From NCBI RefSeq assembly GCF_009914755.1, contig NC_060930.1: a stretch of 64,000 nucleotides of DNA. One strand, written 5' to 3'. This DNA is from the human T2T-CHM13v2.0 reference genome, Homo sapiens. Made by a program: the position numbers and the translations under genes. The notes under the pieces are model-generated. The model was not told the DNA's origin. It made no database searches and worked only from the letters and a program-made list of their open reading frames with translations. Shown piece by piece: positions 45,311 to 61,370 of the stretch; the stretch's first letter is position 1, and each line of letters opens with the position of its first letter.

Positions 45311-47673
45311 CTCCTCTCCCCATGTAGCTCAAATCATGAAACAGAAGTGGTTTTATCTGCTTTCCTTTTAGTTTTGTTCTCAGTGGATAACTAAGCAGTA
45401 AAGTGACTGAAACACAGGGACAACCAAAGCTAAATCAGCCTCTTTCTCTGGTGCCTGAAGAGTTTCAAAAGAAGCCCAGAGAGCTTGCTCTTTATTAGAA
45501 AGTCAAGTGTCAAAACCACAGGCCTCTCTGGAGCGGCTGGGGAGAAGGGCCCAGCAGTTTGTTTCTGGTTATCACACTTAACTCACTGTTCTCAGAATAT
45601 TCCAGCCAGTATCTGGAAATCTTTAACTGTGAGTGCTCTGTCGAGGAAGATTTCCTACCTACAGGGATACTCGTGGGGAGAAAAATTAGGCACTTTAAAG
45701 AAAATCCCTGACATGTTTTACAGCAGAGACAGGAAAAAATTCAAGTGAATAAGAAAAGATATGGAACTTATTTCCTCATGGGAGACAAGATTCTCAGCAA
45801 TTTCTTAAAGTATTATACATTCTCATAATGTTGTATATTTAAAGTAAAAAAAAAAAAAAACCACTGGGGATATTTGGTGACCCATTTAAAACTAAATTAA
45901 TTGGCATTTCATTGTCAGGGTCCAGGCTGTAGTTTTACAAATCTCTCTCTCTGGCACTTTTAGAAAAGCAGCTTTGAAAAAGAAGCAAAGGGTTGTCTTC
46001 ACGTCCTCTTTTTTTTCCTTCGAGCAAATGACTAGAGTTTCCTGATTCCAGGTAAGAAACTGCCAATTCAATCACAGCAAGTGAAAAATTAACCCTTTCA
46101 GATGCACAAGTGTGTGAGATGTGAGTGAATTCTGCAGCTGCTGCCATCATCTGTGCTCACTCCCCAGCTTTGAGCAGTGGCGCCTTGCTGGGGCTGCCCA
46201 GGGTGGCTTGGACCTCAGGCCGCTGAGTGAGAGGGCTTAAGGACTGGCAGTGGGGAGTTGCTAAAAATGTGTGGGTCTTCATCTGTAAAACGGATTAGTA
46301 AAAAAATATGTGTGGGTGAAAGTGGGCTTAAGAGGGAGCTTGGGTACTAGAATGTTCAAGAAGGCAAGGTCATCCAGGAGGAAAATGGTGCAGTCTGCCC
46401 TCATGAGTTGCCTTGGGTGTGGTAGGGAGAGGACATTGAGGATGTAAGGGAGTACCAAGAAAGGGGAGCAGGAGAATGCATTTTCTGGCCACGTGTCTTT
46501 ATTGTTTGCCATTTCCCATGCTAGTGGGTTGTCTGATCAGATTTGCTTCTTCAGTGAAAATGATTCTCCACTTTCCCTGGCCTCATGAGAGAGCCCCTGG
46601 GAGAAGCAGTGAAACTGACTTCAGACAGGATGGGCCTCACCTTTGAAGGACAAATGCACAGGAGCTACCCAATATGCAATATTCACTTTCCCAAACTCAC
46701 AGGGCGTTTCTTTCTTCCTTTCTCAGCCATTTTCGGAACCATGCTCTCCGCTTTCTTTCAGTCCTTGTAATCAGCATCATCTCATCCGCACCTTTCAACC
46801 ACTGGCAACACAATGCCTGCAATCTGGTTCCCTCGCCTTCCTTCTCTGCTGTTGCAGTTTGAAGTCTCAAGGGCACCAGCAGAACAGAGGCTGCTTCTGC
46901 CAGAAATTGAGTCTCCTTTCCCACACTCCAAGCAGGAAAACCGGTGAAAGGGAGGCGAGGGAGGGTCTCTCTTTCTCTTTCAGAATCCTGGTATGAGAAC
47001 CCTGCTAGGATTTACACACAGCACTTTATTTTGCATCGTGGTCTACAGCCACTGTCTTTTCTATTAACGCTAGAATTGATTCACTAGGTAATAAATGGAG
47101 GAATCCTCCCCAGGCTTTCCAGCAAAATTACTTATGCTATTAGTAGCATTAAGCAGGCGTTGACAACTGGAGATAAGCCACCTGATGTTCTGTCTTCTGG
47201 GATATGTGGAAGCCAAGGCTACTTTATATGACCCGGAGTAGGTGATAGGGACAAAGGAGAATGTAACCATTTGCATCTCAAGTCCTTTTCTAAGATTTGG
47301 TCATATTAGAAATTGCTCTTTAATTCTTTTACTAGAGAGCCACAGCTCATTAAAACTAACTAGACCCAGAGAGCATAAAATAACAACACTTTAAAACTCA
47401 GTCTTTGCCTTAGGGTTTAGCAACCTGCCTAGTCGAATTGCCCTGGTGTTGATCTTACAGCAAAGATGCCTCTGTAAATAAATCACCAGGTGGCCCTGTC
47501 CAAGCCTCTGAGAAGTTTGTGTCACTGAGTTTGTCACTTCTTCCTTCTGGCTGGTTGCAGCTCGACAGTCGAGTGCAGCGTTGGCACCAACCGGAGGGGC
47601 CTGGATGCAGGGCTGCTGCCTGCTGCATGGCGTGGGCGGGGGGAGGATCCAGGGAATCCTTTGCCTGAACTCC

Positions 47674-48041
<368 letters not shown>

Positions 48042-48913
48042 TGATAAATATTCAGTAGCACCTATTCCAATAGAGGAGCTCAGAGAAATTTGAAGTAAAA
48101 ATACTTTATTATTTTCTTACATCATCTCCTTAAAGGAATCACACAACAAATCCTGTCTAAGCCCAAATAATCACCCCTTAATTGTATCTCTTCTATAAAT
48201 GCTGATTTTCATATGTTTGAGAATGGTTATTCCTCTAGAGTGCAGGGCACCTGGGTATGTCAGCCATTTAGCAGCAATATAGTTAAAGCGTTGAGAGTTA
48301 ATCATTCCCATCCCTGCTCCCAGCAAATCTATTTTGTATGCCCCAGCTTGGAGAATGTTATGCAGGACTCGGGCGAACATCTGAAGACAATATATCAGCT
48401 AGGCAGCCCAAGCCTCTCTAGGGTGTGGTATTTATGGATGTGGTGACTACTGAGTCGGCCGGGAAAGGACGTAATGACCTCGAAGCCCTGATGGTGTCAC
48501 TTCCCAAGATCATCCCAGGCGCACTGTTTCTTCTAGGACAAGGAGGATAACGCAATGCAGCAGAGGGTGTATTCTTCAGAGACCAAAGGCCACAACAATT
48601 AGAAAGTTTCTAAAACCAGGCTTGATCTACTGAAGTCCACACTTAACATTCTTCATCCTCCCAGGTATGAAAACGACATTGAACATTTAACAACTCACAG
48701 TGAATGCAGACCCAGTTGGAACTAGAGTGGAACTCAAAAAAACAAGTATGGATTTAACATCGCGAGTCAAGCAGCACAGGGAGAAGGACGTTCTTGCATT
48801 CAGAAGACAAACAAGCTAAATGTCAGTTTAGCCATGTCCATTACTCCTCTCCAGTACGAAGCCTCAGCATCTACAAAATGCACTTAATTCTCATAGACCT
48901 CCTGGAGGAGGAG

Positions 48914-49385
48914 TGTTGTGGTTGAATTGTGTCTCCCCGAAAGATATGTTGAAGTCCTAACCTCAGCAGCTGTGAATGTGACCTTATTTAGAAATGGGTC
49001 TTTGTAGATGTAATCAAGTTAGGATGAAGTTATACTGGATTAGGATAGCCCCAATCCAATTATTGCTGACCGGATAAAATGAGGGAAATTTAGACACACA
49101 CAGAAAAAGCACGCCAAGTGAGAACACAGACACTCAAAAGGAAGATGGCAAACAATGGCGATATATAGCTATAAGCTGAGGGCACCAGGGGTTTCTGGGA
49201 ATCACCAGAAACTAGGAGGGAGGTATGGGGCAGATTCTCCCTAAGGGCTCCTAAGAAGGAACCAATCCTGCTGGTACCTTGATTTTCAGCTTTTAGTTTT
49301 CAGAACTGTGAAAGAATACGTTTGTGTTGTTTTAAGGTACCCTGTTTTTGGTACTTTGTTGAGGCATCTCTAGGAAGCTAATACC
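48914..49385 (+). mobile_element. MLT1B/C-like MaLR LTR
   Basis: tgttgtggttgaattgtgtctcccc...ctaggaagctaatac. Confidence 0.8.
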
Positions 49386-49639
49386 ATGATTATTCCTTTA
49401 GTAGGAGAAACAAACACAGGTTTCAGAGATGTTAAAGAAATTGCCTAAGATTGCACAGCTGGTAAATGATTAACATAGAGAATTAAAATCCAGGGTTGTG
49501 ACTTCAAATCCTAGATCCTTCCCCCAACATGAACTTGCTTTATGAGATGCAGAGAAGCCCACATTGTCCTGTTCAGAAAATCCACTAATCTATATCTCTG
49601 AAAACAGTTGGCATGGAGGTGAGTAAAACAAAAGATGTG

Positions 49640-50136
49640 CAGCAATTCCACATCTGGGTATATGCTCAAAAAGAATCAAAATCAGGGTCTTGAAGAGATA
49701 TTTGTGCACTCGTGTACACAGCATTATTCACAATAGCCAAGAGGTGGAAACAATCGAAGTATCCCACAGCAGATGAATGGATAAACAAAATGTGGCCTCT
49801 ACATGAATAGAATATTATCCAGCCTTAAGAAGGAGTGACGTTCTGACACATGCTACAGCTTAAATGAACCTTTAGGACATGACGCTAAGTGAAATAAGCC
49901 AGTCACAAAAGGACACACACTGTACGATCCCACTTGGATGAGAGGCATCTAGAGTAGGCTAATCCAAGATGAGAATTAGGAATTATGTAATGGGTTTAGA
50001 GTTTCAGTTTTGTAAGAAGAAAGAGTACTGGAGATTGGTTTGACAACAATGCCAGTGTAGTTAACAATACTGAACTGTATACTTAAACTTGATTAAGATG
50101 GTAAATTTTATATGTGCATTGTACAACATTTAAAAA
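49640..50136 (+). mobile_element. L1MA/MB-type 3' end
   Basis: cagcaattccacatctgggtata...gctaagtgaaataagccagtcacaaaaggaca. Confidence 0.85.
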
Positions 50137-50258
50137 GAGAGAGAGAGAAAGAGATGTGCATGGGGCTTTTTCTGATAACAGCATTATTAGCTTGGCCTAG
50201 ATGTGAGAAGGCAGTCTGATAGAACAGGCTGGTTTCCTCATTCAAGGAAATATTGTTT

Positions 50259-50675
<417 letters not shown>

Positions 50676-51184
50676 TCACGCCGGCACACACTCTGCCACT
50701 GTTAGTCCAAACTGCTGTTAGAGTCAGCGTGGCTCAGGTGTTTAGCATCTGCTCCTGAGACTGACAGTGCTAGGTTCTTTTCTCAAAAGACTTGGGGAAC
50801 AAACTCTTTCTTTGCTAGTAGGTGAGCGATTCTAATTGCATTTCTTCTTTATTTTGCTAGCTTGTGGTGAAGATAAAAGTCATGAGAGTCTTTTCTATGG
50901 ACTGTCCCTGCCTCCAAAAGCATGCTGCTTAGTAGCAGAGCTCTGGCTAAGAAATGGGAGACAGTGCTGAGCTGCTGCCAGCTCCCGTGACGTGCCCCCT
51001 GGCCTAGGGGGTGGTAGATGGGTGGTATATGCCTCTATTTTGTTTGCACCCCTGCTTGTCTTTGTGTCACTGACATACACATTCACAGTCTGATTTACTT
51101 AATGTCTGCAACTAATTCTACTGAGAGTTTACAGAGTGCAAAAGGGCATCATAGATCAAGCAACATCATCGCGTTATGTGATAA

Positions 51185-51653
51185 ATGTATTGGTCCTTCT
51201 CTGTCTGGCTCTCCAGGTCCACTCTCCACCCTTCTCTGCTGACCTCTAGGCATGGCATGTCCAGTGCTTCCCTTGTGCTGTAGCTGCAGCTGGTTTGTTC
51301 TTGAGTGGCACTGGCCAGAGATTGGCAGGCAGGAGGAGAATCCATCCATGGCAGGTATTCTCTCTGCTCCCTCTCTGCTGGTCCCTACCAACATCGAGAC
51401 CCCTGTGGAGGGTTGGGTGGAGTGGCCTATCATGGCCACCTCTCTCCCCAGGTTGCAGCAACAGCTTCCTCCCATTGTCTGCTAGGCTGTAGGGGTGTAA
51501 GAGCTTCCTGTTGTTGCTAGGCCCTGGGAGATAACTATCTTTTATTGGCTTCTTTAGCTCTTACCCACACTTCTGCAAATACACCCTTCTGTCATTAAAC
51601 CCTTCAATCACTCCTTTGGGTACGATCTGATTCCTGCTGGGACTCTGACTCAG
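51185..51653 (+). mobile_element. Old ERVL LTR (LTR33/LTR41 group, tentative)
   Basis: cactggccagagattgg...cattaaac...ttcctgctgggactctgact 3' end. Confidence 0.45.
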
Positions 51654-51974
51654 TGAGTGCCAGGAAAAAAATACCACAGAGAACCAAGGGGCTAGGAAAC
51701 AGCAAATAATATCAAAAATAAAAGTGAAAAGTTGGTTGATACACTTAGGTTCACTGCCTCACTGGCTGGCGTTTTTGACATGAAAGGCCCTTTGGCTTGG
51801 TTTCTTATTTTCAGTAGTCTGCAAATCTTTTAAGGCATCCATCCTCTGTATATTTCAACCACATTCCTCTCCACAAATAAGGCGTGAGTGTTTTGAGGAC
51901 CAACTATTAGGAAGAGTTATGCACCAGTGACCCAATTCAAAAGGATAATAGTAATCATACTGATAACAGTGACA

Positions 51975-52190
51975 GCTAATATTAATATTTATTGTTTATC
52001 ATATACCAGGCATTGTGCTAAATCTTTAGGTATCATCTCACTGAATCTTCACATCAGCTCCATTAAGCAAAAACATGATTTTTACAGGGAAGGAAATCAG
52101 ACTTACAGAGGCTAAATATTTGCACATGATTTTACAGCTAGAAGTTGAACCGAGGCAATCTGACACCAGAGCCAGAGCTCTTAACTAGTA
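51975..52190 (-). mobile_element. MIR
   Basis: ccaggcattgtgctaa...ttttacagggaaggaaatcagacttacagaggctaa. Confidence 0.7.
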
Positions 52191-52591
52191 TTGCACAGGT
52201 ATTTCCCCAAATGTGGCACTAGTACCACTAGCGGCATAGGAGACCATCTGGGGACAGTCTATGGGTGAAGAGTTTGATTTGTTTAGTTATGTATTTATAG
52301 TTAGGATTACCTTCTATTTATGACAGGTGATATTGACTTTTCATTTTCAATAGTGATATAATTTCCCTTTCAAAATAAATATAATTAAAAATAAATAAAT
52401 AAATTTAAAGGAAAACATTGAGGAACTATGTAGGCTGAGTATAGATATGGCCAAAATTAATGACTGAAATTTGGGGAACTCTGTACATTCCACACTGGCC
52501 CGCAGTGTGCTCCACATGTTCACACAGAACAAGACTGCTAGAAATGAGAAAAATTATATACCATCTGCTCTTCAGTGCCTTTCCCGATTAA

Positions 52592-52793
<202 letters not shown>

Positions 52794-53699
52794 TTAAATC
52801 ACCCATATTTTCCCATTTCCAGATACTATTCATAATACAGTCAGTTTTGCTATAACTAGGGTTTCGGTGTCACCAATTGGCTCATATGAATTTGACAAAT
52901 AAGGAATAATGTCAGCATAGTATGGGGGTTGTTGGTCGACATGTATCTTTTCCCAGATGAGAGATGCTGTAAAAATGGGAGTAGAGTTAAAATCACTAGC
53001 AGGAAAGGAATAGTCACCCTCTCCCCTGGTGCACAGATTGGAGCTCTTCCAACTCTCCTTGAATTAAAAAGGAGTGCCTGTACCCAGGGTTTCCTCCCAG
53101 AGATGTGCACCCCCAGGCTTGCATTTATAGCTCTTGCCCTTTCCACATGATAGTCACTACATTCCAGAAAAAAACAAATGTAGTTTATTATCAGGATAGA
53201 GCCAGGGCCCCAAACCCTAGTTAGAGGCACTAAGACATCCAGCGGGGGCAGTGGCAGGCTCTGTTTTTTTTTTTTTTGTTTTTTTGTCTCCCAGATGCCT
53301 ACAAAATGTGCCACCCTAACATCAATACCACGAACACAAGCACCACTTCCTCCTCTTTCTCCTGAATCTGAAGTCTCTTCCAAGTTCCTCATCCAGTCAT
53401 GACTAAGGCAGCAAATAATCAAGTTGCTTCAGCTACATAGTAGTGGCTGGAAGAGGGTTTAGCGTGGGTGCATCCTAGCTGTGGGTCTGATCGATGATAC
53501 AACCTGGTATTAACCGCTGGGCTTCCAACTGGTCCTGTCCCCTTGAAGACTTGATTCTGACTGGGGATAGGGTGGGGTGGGTGGGGCCTTTTGCCAATTC
53601 CAACTCCTCATTGTTTGCTGACATAAGATGAGGGCTCCCAACCCCCACCACCTCTTGCCAGGCTGATCCTTGCTTGAGTCATAGCAGGGATGACTCAGA

Positions 53700-54250
53700 G
53701 ATGATAGACTGAATCTAGAAACAGACCAGACCACATGTAAAAATAGATCTTTGACCCACTCTCTGTACCAGAGAAGGAAACCAACCCCCTTATGTACAAT
53801 AAATAACCCAGGAAGTCAGCCTGCTCGAACTCAGACTTGTAGGAAGCCAGGCTGCTGTCTCTGGTGACAATCCAGGAAGCTGAACAATAACTTCTGTAAC
53901 AATCAGCCAGAAATGGCCAGGACCTGATTAATAACGGACAGCTTCCCTAACTTTTGTCACCATTTTAAATTTAGGAACAACCAGAGAAAGCCAAATCTGT
54001 ACCTACCCCTAACCAATCACACAGTGTGCCCTGCTTCCAGTTAGCCCACCTGCAGCTTCCCCAGGCCAACAGCCTCCCATCAGGGCACACCTCAAGACTT
54101 CCCTTTTTTTCCACTCTAAAGCTTTCCCAGTGCTTTGCCTGTGATGGGGTCTCTGACAAAATGCAAGTGATGGTGGCCAACTTCATTGCTATAGCAAGCT
54201 CAGAATAAATAGCCTTTGCTTTTTCTCATTTGGTTGGTCTTTGTCTATTT
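53700..54250 (+). mobile_element. ERV1 LTR (MER31/MER67-like, tentative)
   Basis: gacagcttccctaa...aaccagagaaagccaaat...taaccaatcaca...gctatagcaagctcagaataaatagcc. Confidence 0.6.
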
Positions 54251-55654
54251 CCATGGAACCTATAACCTGCTTACTGTCAACCCACCCACCCTAGTTCCCT
54301 GCCTAGCAATGAAACTCCATACCTCAACTTCTCCTATATGGACAAGATTTCTTCCTCTGCTGGGAAGAAGATCGTGGCCAGGAGAGTGTCAGCAGAAGCA
54401 CTTTCCTGGGAAGGAGCCCAGGCAGGGCTTGGCTGGACTTCTGGTGATCTCCTGAGTGAGGTGCATGGAATGCCTGTCTTCTTCTAAGAGCCAGTGACCA
54501 GGGAAGACTGTAACTGGGTTTTAGCTCCAGTTGCTATTTTATTTCCCAGTCCCACCTACCCCACGAGAGTTGGAGCCTAGCCACATTCTTCTCAGTGATG
54601 AAAGTGTTGCGTATGAACCCAAGCCCACTAGTATGGCCCTAACCCCCACTGGGTAAATGTCCTCTCTGCCAGCTGCCTGTCCCCACGGCCAAGTCCAACT
54701 GTCTGGATTCTCTTTGTCCCGCCCCTGCTCTGCCTGCAGGGAGCCTCTCAGCTCTTTCTTTCTTAACCCCTTCCCCAGCACACTATTGCTGCCAGCATCA
54801 GATGTGTGACTAGCCAGCACTGTTCTATAAGCCTCCCAACACCATGAAACTGGAATCATTCAGTCATCCTGCCAGGCTTAGATCCAGCAGAATTTTTGAA
54901 CAGATTGAGAAGTGGCCACATGATGGCACTATAAATCTAGCAATGCCCTCAGAAAGTTGGCAAACTGCAAAGCTCCAGGGAATCAGGATCTGTATTTTTT
55001 TTTTTTTAATGAATGTCAGAAAAGTGAAAACTGGTAATGGTCAATAGCCCCCAGAAAATCTTGATCTTATTTTGCTCAGGATTCTTCCTGATCAATGGCC
55101 ATTTGTTTTTGACACTTGCCAAACATTAGCTATCCCTCTTCAGCACGCATCCCACCGCCCAATGCTGTCTTCGCTTTGTACTCAACGCATGCACATTTCT
55201 GTTCTAAATAGTCTGCCGGTTGCTATGAACACAAAAATAGACACACAAAGATTTAAGAAAGATGGAAATGTCTTACCTAAGCATGAGTGAAATGATTTCT
55301 TCTTTTGTTTTGGTCCATCATTATGCTAAATAAACGGAAGCCTTTTCCCTCTTCACACGCAGAGCTGAGCCAATCACAGGCACAAATGAAAATTGCCTAT
55401 CTCTAGAAACAAATCCCTTGGCCGTCCTGGTTGATTAGTCATTACACATTTACATAGCACAGAAAAGGTTGCCCAGGTAATCATACAAACATTTGATATT
55501 TTCCCATGCCTTCTCTTGGCTGATCCAAATTCTTTGGAATTGAGATTTTTTTGTGTACCCTTTTAAAAATGAGCACTGTGAGATTTACTCAGACCTCTGA
55601 TTTTTTCATGTGAGTGAATCATAGCCTGGTATGCCCTGAGCTTTGCATGAAAGG

Positions 55655-55870
55655 CAGCACAGCACAGTGGAGAAAATACATCTTCAGGCTCAAGTGGTGA
55701 TGGGTAGTGGCCGGGGGCAACCTGAATCCTGGCTCAACTCTTTCTTGCTTTCTTGGCCAGCTGCTCTCTACTTCTTTGACTTTCAATATGCTTATCTGTG
55801 AACTGGGATAAAGAGTACTGAACTTCTAAGTTTTTTTAGGGGACTAAATGAGATAATGTAATGTATGTAA
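55655..55870 (+). mobile_element. MIR
   Basis: ttatctgtgaactgggataa...ggactaaatgagataatgta. Confidence 0.6.
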
Positions 55871-56181
55871 TAGGTGTTCAACCAAGGGTAGCTAGTATTC
55901 TTCTGAGTAGAGTGGATGACTCCAGTGTGTAACCTATGGCCAAGCAACTGAAAGGTGGAGAAAGTTCCTCATGCTCTTTTGGAAATCTCATGTGGTGATT
56001 AAGAGCATGGTTTTTTGCATCAAACTGTCTGCATCCATACCATAGTTCTACTATCTTTGTAGTAGATGCAATAGAAAAGCGTAAGCAAAGCTTTCTAAGT
56101 CTCACCGTCTTGGTTTGTAATGTCAGTAATCATAGCCCCTGCCTCATGATGCTGGTGTGAGCCTGAATGAGACAATGCATG

Positions 56182-56632
56182 TGTTAGGGGTTGGTTTGTG
56201 TCCCAGAAAACGTGTTGAAGTCCAAACACCCAGTACCTGTAGGGTGACCTTATTTAGAAATAGAGTCTTTGCAGATGATCAAGTTAACATGAAGTCATTA
56301 GAGTGAGCCCTAGTCGAGTGCAACTAATGTGCTTATAGAAACAGGAAATTTGGACACAGAGGTACCCACACAAGGAGAACACTGTGAAGATGAAGGCACA
56401 GATCAGGATGAGGCATCTGTAAGCTAACAAATGCCCAAAATTGCCAACAAACGATAAGATGCTAGGAGAGAGGTATGGAACAGGTTCTCCCCGACAGCCC
56501 TCAGAAGGAACCAGCACTACTGACACATTGATCTTGGACTTCTAGCCTCCAGAACCGTGAGACAATACATTTCTGTTGTTTAAGCTCCCAGTTGGTGGTG
56601 CTTTGTTATGGCAGCCCTAGCAAACTAATACA
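56182..56632 (+). mobile_element. MLT1B/C-like MaLR solo LTR inserted in a MIR
   Basis: TG...CA ends; 5-bp TSD gcatg (56177-56181 / 56633-56637). Confidence 0.85.
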
Positions 56633-56716
56633 GCATGGATGTATGTGACCCAGGGCATGCCTCCTAGTAAGCAGCCAGTAAATGTTCGACACTATTGCTG
56701 TTGATGTGGCTAGTGA

Positions 56717-57033
<317 letters not shown>

Positions 57034-57695
57034 ACCACTTTTTCTAATCAGTAGCTTTGCACAGGAATATTCCCAGCTGGTTTCTCCTACCTGTTACTAG
57101 AACCCACTTTTCACTGTGATGCTTAAACATGTGCAGAAAAGAAAAGAATATCCAAAAGCAGATTTCGATCAAGCTGTTGTTTAGATTTTTGGACCATTTA
57201 AATACCTTGAGCAGAGATTATTAAATAGAAAGGCCAGTGTATAAAGAATGGTTTTATACAAGGTGAGGGTAGAACCAGACAACACCCGTGATTACATTGC
57301 GAGGTGTTTTGGCAGATGTCAGATCCATGGCTAACACAAGACAAACCAGCAGTACCGAGTGTGGGGACGTGGATTCCTGATTTGCTGTTCACGCATCTCT
57401 GGGGAGGGGAAGTTCACCTCATGAAAGGCACATGATTCATAGCAGGGCTCCTTGGTGGCTGCTTTTTTTTTTTAACACTTGTTCTGCAGCAGCACAAAGG
57501 AAACAGTTTTATTCTTTAATTACTTGATATGAACTGTCTCACTGATGACAACTGTGCAGAAGTCTTGCAGAACCTATCTGGCCTGTAACTTGAGTTTGGA
57601 TCTTGGCATCCTAACTGTCTGTAAGCCATCAGAATCTCTAAAACCACCTACACAGCAGAGAAGCCTGTACAGCTCCTGACTCATAGAAGGGTTCA

Positions 57696-58202
<507 letters not shown>

Positions 58203-58847
58203 TCAAGCATTTCCTTCCTCTCATACATGCTGTGTACAAACCATCCCTAGAAATGAACTGTCTGGAGTATTTTATTTCTTAATTAATCCAGTTTTGCTAT
58301 TTGGTGTAAACAGGATGATGTTCAGGCTGAATGAAAGAACAGGAAAGTTTAGGGGATACAATTCAAGGAGGAGTTTCAACTCCCTCCACATCTGCTGCTC
58401 TATTTTGCTTTAAATTAGATTTTAAAATTAATTTAATTTTTCATTTGAAACTGCTGCGCTCTCCACCATCTCTCTTTCTTTTCTTCCAGTAACTGGTCCT
58501 CCTCTCTGTGGCCCTGGTACTTCCCAGAGCAAACACTGCATCATCTGACAGTTCTTTTTCCATCATTTTTTTTTTCATTACTTAGCCAGACTGGTAATTT
58601 ATTAGTAAGAAGAAGATGGTATCAGCTGACAGGACTAGGCTTATGGGCATATGAGAAAGACAAAGATCTCTCTCGCCAATTATAGAAATTCCAAGTTGTG
58701 ATCCACTTCTTTCTAGCAAGCACCACCCTCTTTTAACATGAAAAGACTCAAAACACAACAGTAGATAATTTGACACGTCACCTTAACTTCTGCATCTGGA
58801 AAACTGAGACACAACATGGGATACCTATTTCATGGAGCTATTGTTGG

Positions 58848-59180
58848 AAATCATATTTTCAAGTATTTATTAATTCTCAGCTTCCCACCAAAGTTTTGAT
58901 CTTCTGACCACAGACATCATACAAGAAAAGAATATAAGATAAAATAAAGGAATCAGGAACAACGAAATTACTCATAATAGTAGAGAGTCTAAAAAGTCAA
59001 AACTAAGGAAAAATATGTTCAGATGTTGGAGAGGGGTGGGCCACATAGTTTTGGTAAATAAGCTTTAAATATGACTCTGAGATCCTTGAAAGTTCAATGT
59101 TGTCACAGTGATGTCTGTGGTCAGCAGATCAAAACTTTGGTGGAAAGCTGAGAATTAATAAATACATGAAAATATGATTT
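58848..59180. repeat. Inverted repeat, 72-bp arms (58848-58919 / 59109-59180), 189-bp spacer
   Basis: Manual reverse-complement alignment: 3 mismatches, no gaps. Confidence 0.95.
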
Positions 59181-59218
59181 TCTGTTTTGTGGTTTTTCAT
59201 GATCAGAGAGAAGTTTAA

Positions 59219-59590
<372 letters not shown>

Positions 59591-60429
59591 TAGGTACAAT
59601 GAGGTGACATGTTCATTAAAAACAGTTTCTCCTGACTTTTGTCCCCTGCTTGTTGATCATAGACTCTTCTCATTCCTTTACTGCTCTTCTCCATCTCCTT
59701 GCATCTCTCTATTTCTTGCAGCCACAATACAAACAAACAGTGACAATAACAGCAGGCACAAAACAAGAACAATTTCCCACAGACATCAATATGTGCAAAC
59801 AGACCTGAGCAGGGAATGGTCACCAGTCTCTCGTGAATTACATGAAACCAGACTCAAGATTCTATTTAGGCTCTCTGGGACCCTAACCCTATAAGACTCT
59901 CCTGTGCAAAGTGATACACAAGTGTAGGATTTTATCAGTGTGTCACTGAAGACGTTTAAAAGCCATTTAGGAGGTGGAAAGGAAAGGTGGAGACTGAAGA
60001 CAAACGCTGGCTCTTTCCTCAACTTTCTTTGCCTTGTCTCTAGGCCTTTTTGTCATTGTTGCTGTTAAACCCCGATTTCCTTAGTATTCTTAAGAAATGG
60101 TGGTGGCCGATTCTTCTGCTTAGTGGTGGGGTGGGTATGAACAGGGGGAATTCAGATCTTTTTGGTTTTTAATTTAAAGTGGTATCTAAGTTACCTATTT
60201 TGAACACAGTTGAAACCCCTTGGGTGGAGGGGATAATGAATTAGGGAATTAATAGAAGTCAAAAGAAAGAAACCAGGAGAAGTCTCCCTGTATTCTAGCT
60301 GAGGACTAGGCTGCTGACCAACAGCCCCTGTCAGGCTCTCTTCCTTTTTCGCTTTGGAGATCTTTTTAGGTTACACCCTAATATACCCTTAGCAGAGTAT
60401 TAGCTCTGATGCTGGGCAGCATCACTTTT

Positions 60430-60660
60430 TATTAACTTGTCTGTCTCTCCTTCTGGACTGTGACATTACTTGAGGGGAGAGTTTTGTCTTTTATCTCAGT
60501 ATCACCATTTCCTAGCAGATTCTTGGCTCCAAGAGGGAAGAGAATTTATTTTATTATTTCCTATACCTCTTACTCAGTCTCCAGTAAATATTTATTGCAC
60601 GGATAAATAAGTTACCTGGCAAATTGTAGGTACTTAATAAATATTTGTTCAATTATTGAA
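60430..60660 (+). mobile_element. L2 3' end fragments
   Basis: ttgtctgtctctcc...ggactgtga...; gtaggtacttaataaatatttgtt. Confidence 0.6.
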
Positions 60661-60789
60661 TTGTACATGGAAATTAAATCATATTTTCAATCAGTCAGGA
60701 AGTTACCTATTTGGAGAAACATCTAATGTATCCTATGTGAAGTGACTTTCTTCTCCACTTAAAATTCCTAGTTTTCTTTTTAGTTTTTC

Positions 60790-61370
60790 CAGATTATGCA
60801 AATAATACATGTTACAGAAAATCAGGAAATCACAGAAGAAAATAATAATGATGCAGAATCCTTTCATGTCAAATTAAAAACTTATATTGCATATATAATT
60901 TTAAATCCTGCTTTTTACATAATCATGACTATTTTGTTACATCATTAACTTTTTTGGCTTAACATCCTGTTTAGTGGCTATACAACATTCTGACTTATCA
61001 ATTTGCCTTAATTTTAGCTATTTCTCTTGTTACTTACACTGTAGTTTGGTTTTAATTTTTCACTATTATAAAAGACATTTAGCAATGAAAAGTTTGAATA
61101 TAAATTCCTGCTTGCATTTCTGACTATGTGCTTAGAATAGATTTGAAAAACTCTTCTTTTTCTCCTAAGATGTTCAGGGCAGTGTATTTGAGTAAAGACT
61201 GGCATTTTCTGCCTTTCATTAGTGACACTGGGTAAAGGTGAACATGGTTACTAGCTGTTAGTTTGCCGATTGTCCTTTCTTGAAAGATAGCGGCCCAATA
61301 CTTTTGAATACTGTAGCCTTGTGACCAGCTCCTGAACTGTATCTTTAACACAGCCAGGCTTATAATCCAA
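60790..61370 (-). mobile_element. Old L1 (L1ME-like) fragments
   Basis: AT-rich degenerate antisense L1 3' UTR motifs. Confidence 0.4.

Noticed and set aside
47560-47650. GC-rich patch as a CpG island or promoter
   Set aside because: Under 100 bp and too few CpGs
52856-53422. Longest ORF (188 aa, minus strand)
   Set aside because: Non-ATG start, crosses a poly-T tract, no recognisable domain; consistent with chance
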